DNA of 63,994 nt, the filler included, from Aduncisulcus paluster (Eukaryota): NCBI GenBank assembly GCA_024181965.1. It is 15 parts of 15 records of this genome, joined end to end, with 100 filler letters (N's around TTAATTAATTAA, not from the genome) between each part and the next. Parts side by side here need not be neighbours in the genome. Positions count along the whole stretch, not along the records: positions 59,827 to 62,537 come from BQXS01011948.1; positions 62,638 to 63,994 come from BQXS01012041.1; 13 more parts are not named here. The stretch is one strand, 5' to 3'. The notes under the pieces are model-generated. The model was not told the origin of the DNA. It made no database searches and was given only the letters and a program-made list of their open reading frames with translations. The position numbers and the translations under genes are program-made. Positions 61,144-63,994 of this stretch are shown here, in pieces (position 1 is the first letter of the stretch; every line of letters begins with the position of its first letter).

Positions 61144-61513
61144 TACAAATTTTGTTTGTTTTAAAACTTTCGAAATAAAATCATACAAATTATTGCCAAT
61201 AGAATGCACGAACGTGATATCGTTGGATTCTGATGAGGATCACAATAGGATCAAAAGATTTTACGCATCTCTCACGTGAAATGACACATTTTGGACTAAA
61301 TCTACAATCATACCTGATAAAATCTTTAGAATTATGGATAAAGAGAAAGAAGTTTTCAAAATTATTTTCATACCACTTTTCTGCAAAATAATAATAATAA
61401 TATGTCATCTACAAATTTTGTTTGTTTTAAAACTTTCGAAATAAAATCATACAAATTATCGCCAATAGAATGCACGAACGTGATATCGTTGGATTCTGAT
61501 GAGGATCACAATA
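61144..61513. repeat. 104-bp direct repeat pair with one mismatch, 162 bp apart
   Basis: 61144-61247 versus 61410-61513; no N gap between them. Confidence 0.9.
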
Positions 61514-62280
61514 TCCGGATATCGCAATAATCACAATTAATATCTGGTTTTGAAGGGTTAAATAAACTTTAAAATGTAATTATTCGATAGTTGACAAAGA
61601 TAGATAGCTCTGTATATTTTGTTCCCAGCCTGGGAACTTCGGGAGATAAATGCATATAGACCGACGTTGGCTGATCGGCTGTCGGCTACATTCAATTGAC
61701 CCGGAACTTCGGCATTCTTCGGAAGTGCAAATGAAGAGTGAAGCAGGGAAAATAAGTTAGAATCAAAGGCTATACTGTACAATAATTTCTATTTATACAC
61801 GATTGGAGAGATAGATAGTGGATAGAATGGCAAAAAATGCAGATATGTTCTATGCCAGAATTGAGATCGAGTCATCGAGTTGATGATCTCAGCAGAACTC
61901 ATGGATAATATGAAAAAACGAATTAATTTAGCATTATATTATCATTGCAGCACAAGATATATATAAATTTTCTACAGTGTAATTTGTATTGTTGACAAAT
62001 TTGATGATTAAAACAAATCTGCTTGCCATTATAGCTTTGAAATTTATTTTTTCTGTTATTTATTTTTATTTTGATCGTGTAATGATCTGAACAGTGGAGT
62101 TTTGATAATCACATAACTATAGAGCGAGTGTTCATCATTCAACACTAAGTCGGTCATTTTCCTTGCTTGACTTAATTGAGATTTTAAAATCTCCTTAAAT
62201 CTTCATAAAGCATGCATTCTCTACCCCCTTTGATATTTATTAGAGCTCCTTTTGTGGATTCTGAATCCAAAAGTTCCATC

Positions 62281-62537
62281 ATGAAATCATTGACATCTCC
62301 CCGCAACAAATCACATTTAACCCATTCAGTGCCTCCAAAGCACAGTCTACTGCCCTTGTCGAATTCCTTGGTGAACTCTATTTCTAACATCCTCATATTC
62401 CTGGTTATTCTCTATGTTTCCTTTCAGTCTGTCCTTGGCGATGGTTTCTCTGAAGAATGTTCCATGTATCTCTCTGACGATGATCATTTAGTCTGCAATG
62501 AGGTATATCCTGGTCGTTATGCGGCCGAATGTGAAGA
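62281..62537 (+). CDS. 5' end of a Cys-rich surface protein, likely paralogue of the LRR/EGF protein at 17264
   Basis: Hydrophobic ILIFLVILYVSFQSVLG, then VCNEVYPGRYAAEC, 8/14 identical to VCSEIWPGKYSATC at 18127-18168. The start could be ATG 62212. Confidence 0.65.
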
Positions 62538-63164
62538 NNNNNNNNNNNNNNNNNNNNNNNNNNNNNNNNNNNNNNNNNNNNTTAATTAATTAANNNNNNN
62601 NNNNNNNNNNNNNNNNNNNNNNNNNNNNNNNNNNNNNGCCCCGCTAAAACCAACTAATTATTTAAAAAATAAATAAAAGGAATAATTTATATACTACTTG
62701 AACTATTAGAAACCTTAGTTGCGTTACGTGTTTTCTAAAAAAACCCTTTTTTGCCACTTTTTGCACCCCTGTATCTCATCCCCTATTTTACAAAATAAAA
62801 TAATAATTTAATATTTATTATCTACCCTTACGGAGAGTAATATATATATTATAATTTTTAATTAAATTGCTAAAAAAGCTTGATTCTCGCCTAATGGTAA
62901 TAAGAAGGTATAATCCCATTTTTAACATATAATTAAGATAATATGACATATTAGCTTTCTATAGCCCATATAATTTATTTTTTTATTTTATTGTACTACA
63001 ATAGTATGTTGTTTTTTTTCCCCGTGCCTGCCTAAGAACAAAATTGCACCAAATGTATTGCAGGAGATTTTTATATGTTACATTAGTAATAAATTAATGT
63101 CTTAAATTATGTGTAATTAGTTCCTATATCATGGTAGATAGCAAATCAGACTTTTGTTACGGTT

Positions 63165-63994
63165 ATGGAGCTTCCGAAGTTAGTCTTACAACAGTATTGT
63201 GCCCATTTCCGTATAATAATGGATGAAAGAGAAAGTACCTTCTCCGAATGTGTCCAGTGCTTCCTTTATCCCCTCAGGCTGATCTTCCCCCCCTACCTTA
63301 AGACTACGGCGTCCGATTCTGATATTGTGACGCTATGCCTGTTTGGACAGACTTGCGTGGCCAATTTTGGAGTAATACGCCGTCTCACCACCTCCATGAA
63401 GGTATGCGATGCCAGGTCTTACTTGCTGCATGGGGATTGTGACTGGTATACGCCCCTGAAAACCCTTCTCGCTGCCTACAATGATTCTCCCCAAAGATTT
63501 GCCCGCCACTACTTCCTCCCAACCCTCTATCAACACAGCTCAGGTCTCCTCGAAACATTTCCGCCATCTAGTTACGAGTTTGGTGGAATTGGATACCCCT
63601 ACGAGGTCAAACCGAGTGAGATCCAGGGTATGGGTGTCTTCGCGACTCGCCTTATTATGCCCAATGAGCCCATAGGCGAGTATTGGGGTACGAAAGTTCC
63701 TGCAGGTGTAGCTGGCGCCTCCATTGCAACCCGAGGCCATTATTGTATTACCGTACGTGATGGACTTGTCATCGATGCAGCTGATGTCATGTGCCCGATG
63801 AAGTACGTCAATCATTCTTGCTCTCCCAATGCTTTTGTCCAGGTGGTTGGTGACGGTTTTATATACCGGGCCAAGACGCCAATTAAGTGTGGCAGTGAAA
63901 TTACGATTGACTATGCCCACAGTGCTGAAACCGAAGCAGATTTACTCCCTTGTAAGTGCGGGAGCAAGTTTTGTCGGGGTTACACTGCGAGCAA
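63165..63994 (+). CDS. SET plus post-SET domain lysine methyltransferase, 3'-partial, absent from the ORF track
   Basis: Manual translation from ATG 63165 is open to the window end: SEIQGMGVFA, IGEYWG, YVNHSCSPN, EITIDY, CKCGSKFCRG. Confidence 0.93.
   Translation, partial: MELPKLVLQQYCAHFRIIMDERESTFSECVQCFLYPLRLIFPPYLKTTASDSDIVTLCLFGQTCVANFGVIRRLTTSMKVCDARSYLLHGDCDWYTPLKTLLAAYNDSPQRFARHYFLPTLYQHSSGLLETFPPSSYEFGGIGYPYEVKPSEIQGMGVFATRLIMPNEPIGEYWGTKVPAGVAGASIATRGHYCITVRDGLVIDAADVMCPMKYVNHSCSPNAFVQVVGDGFIYRAKTPIKCGSEITIDYAHSAETEADLLPCKCGSKFCRGYTAS

Noticed and set aside
61230..61275. CTGATGA plus a short stem in both 104-bp repeats, as a hammerhead ribozyme
   Set aside because: Followed by AAAA or GGAT rather than GAAA, and stem I cannot form next to the core.
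61631..61645. TGGGAACTTCGG as the CR-I element of RNase P RNA
   Set aside because: No convincing complementary CR-V strand for helix P4 was found downstream.
17164..62637. Recurring TTAATTAATTAA as a biological repeat, and gene neighbourhoods spanning it
   Set aside because: Always centred in an exact 100-bp N block; it is a six-frame-stop contig linker. ORF tails reading LIN or N come from it.
63333..63920. Minus-strand and off-frame ORFs listed at the window end
   Set aside because: They overlap the plus-strand SET frame, which carries the conserved motifs.
1..63994. Alternative genetic code such as TAA/TAG = Gln
   Set aside because: Conserved genes end at sensible places with TAA (30467), TAG (38666) and TGA (15875), and long ORFs have no internal TAR.

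Overview
AT-rich, gene-dense, intron-poor microbial eukaryote DNA in the standard genetic code (TAA, TAG and TGA all end genes). It is not one locus: 15 contigs are joined by 14 artificial 100-bp linkers (44N-TTAATTAATTAA-44N), so adjacency across linkers means nothing. From recollection of its expanded gene families it resembles the free-living fornicate Aduncisulcus paluster (not verified). Recognisable genes: Trf4/5-like non-canonical poly(A) polymerase (one giant gene split into four ORFs), DUF1295 membrane reductase-like protein, non-TALE homeobox, eIF5B, NDR kinase, alpha-COP, DHA2-type MFS exporter, nitroreductase, P4-ATPase, vWA and TPR proteins, a cystinosin-like transporter, tRNA-Val(AAC), two Ty3/gypsy fragments, and three predicted 5'-proximal introns. 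Five local sequence duplications are probably assembly artefacts. Best leads: a GC-rich SET/post-SET gene missing from the ORF track; a GC-rich 147-codon frame broken by one UGA-C; an internalin-like LRR/EGF surface-protein family seen on two contigs; a prokaryote-type exporter next to a nitroreductase; a cystinosin homologue lacking its PQ motifs; an LTR apparently inserted into an integrase gene; and a recurring TTTGGCGACA motif just upstream of start codons. No clearly new multi-gene system can be proven from the sequence alone.
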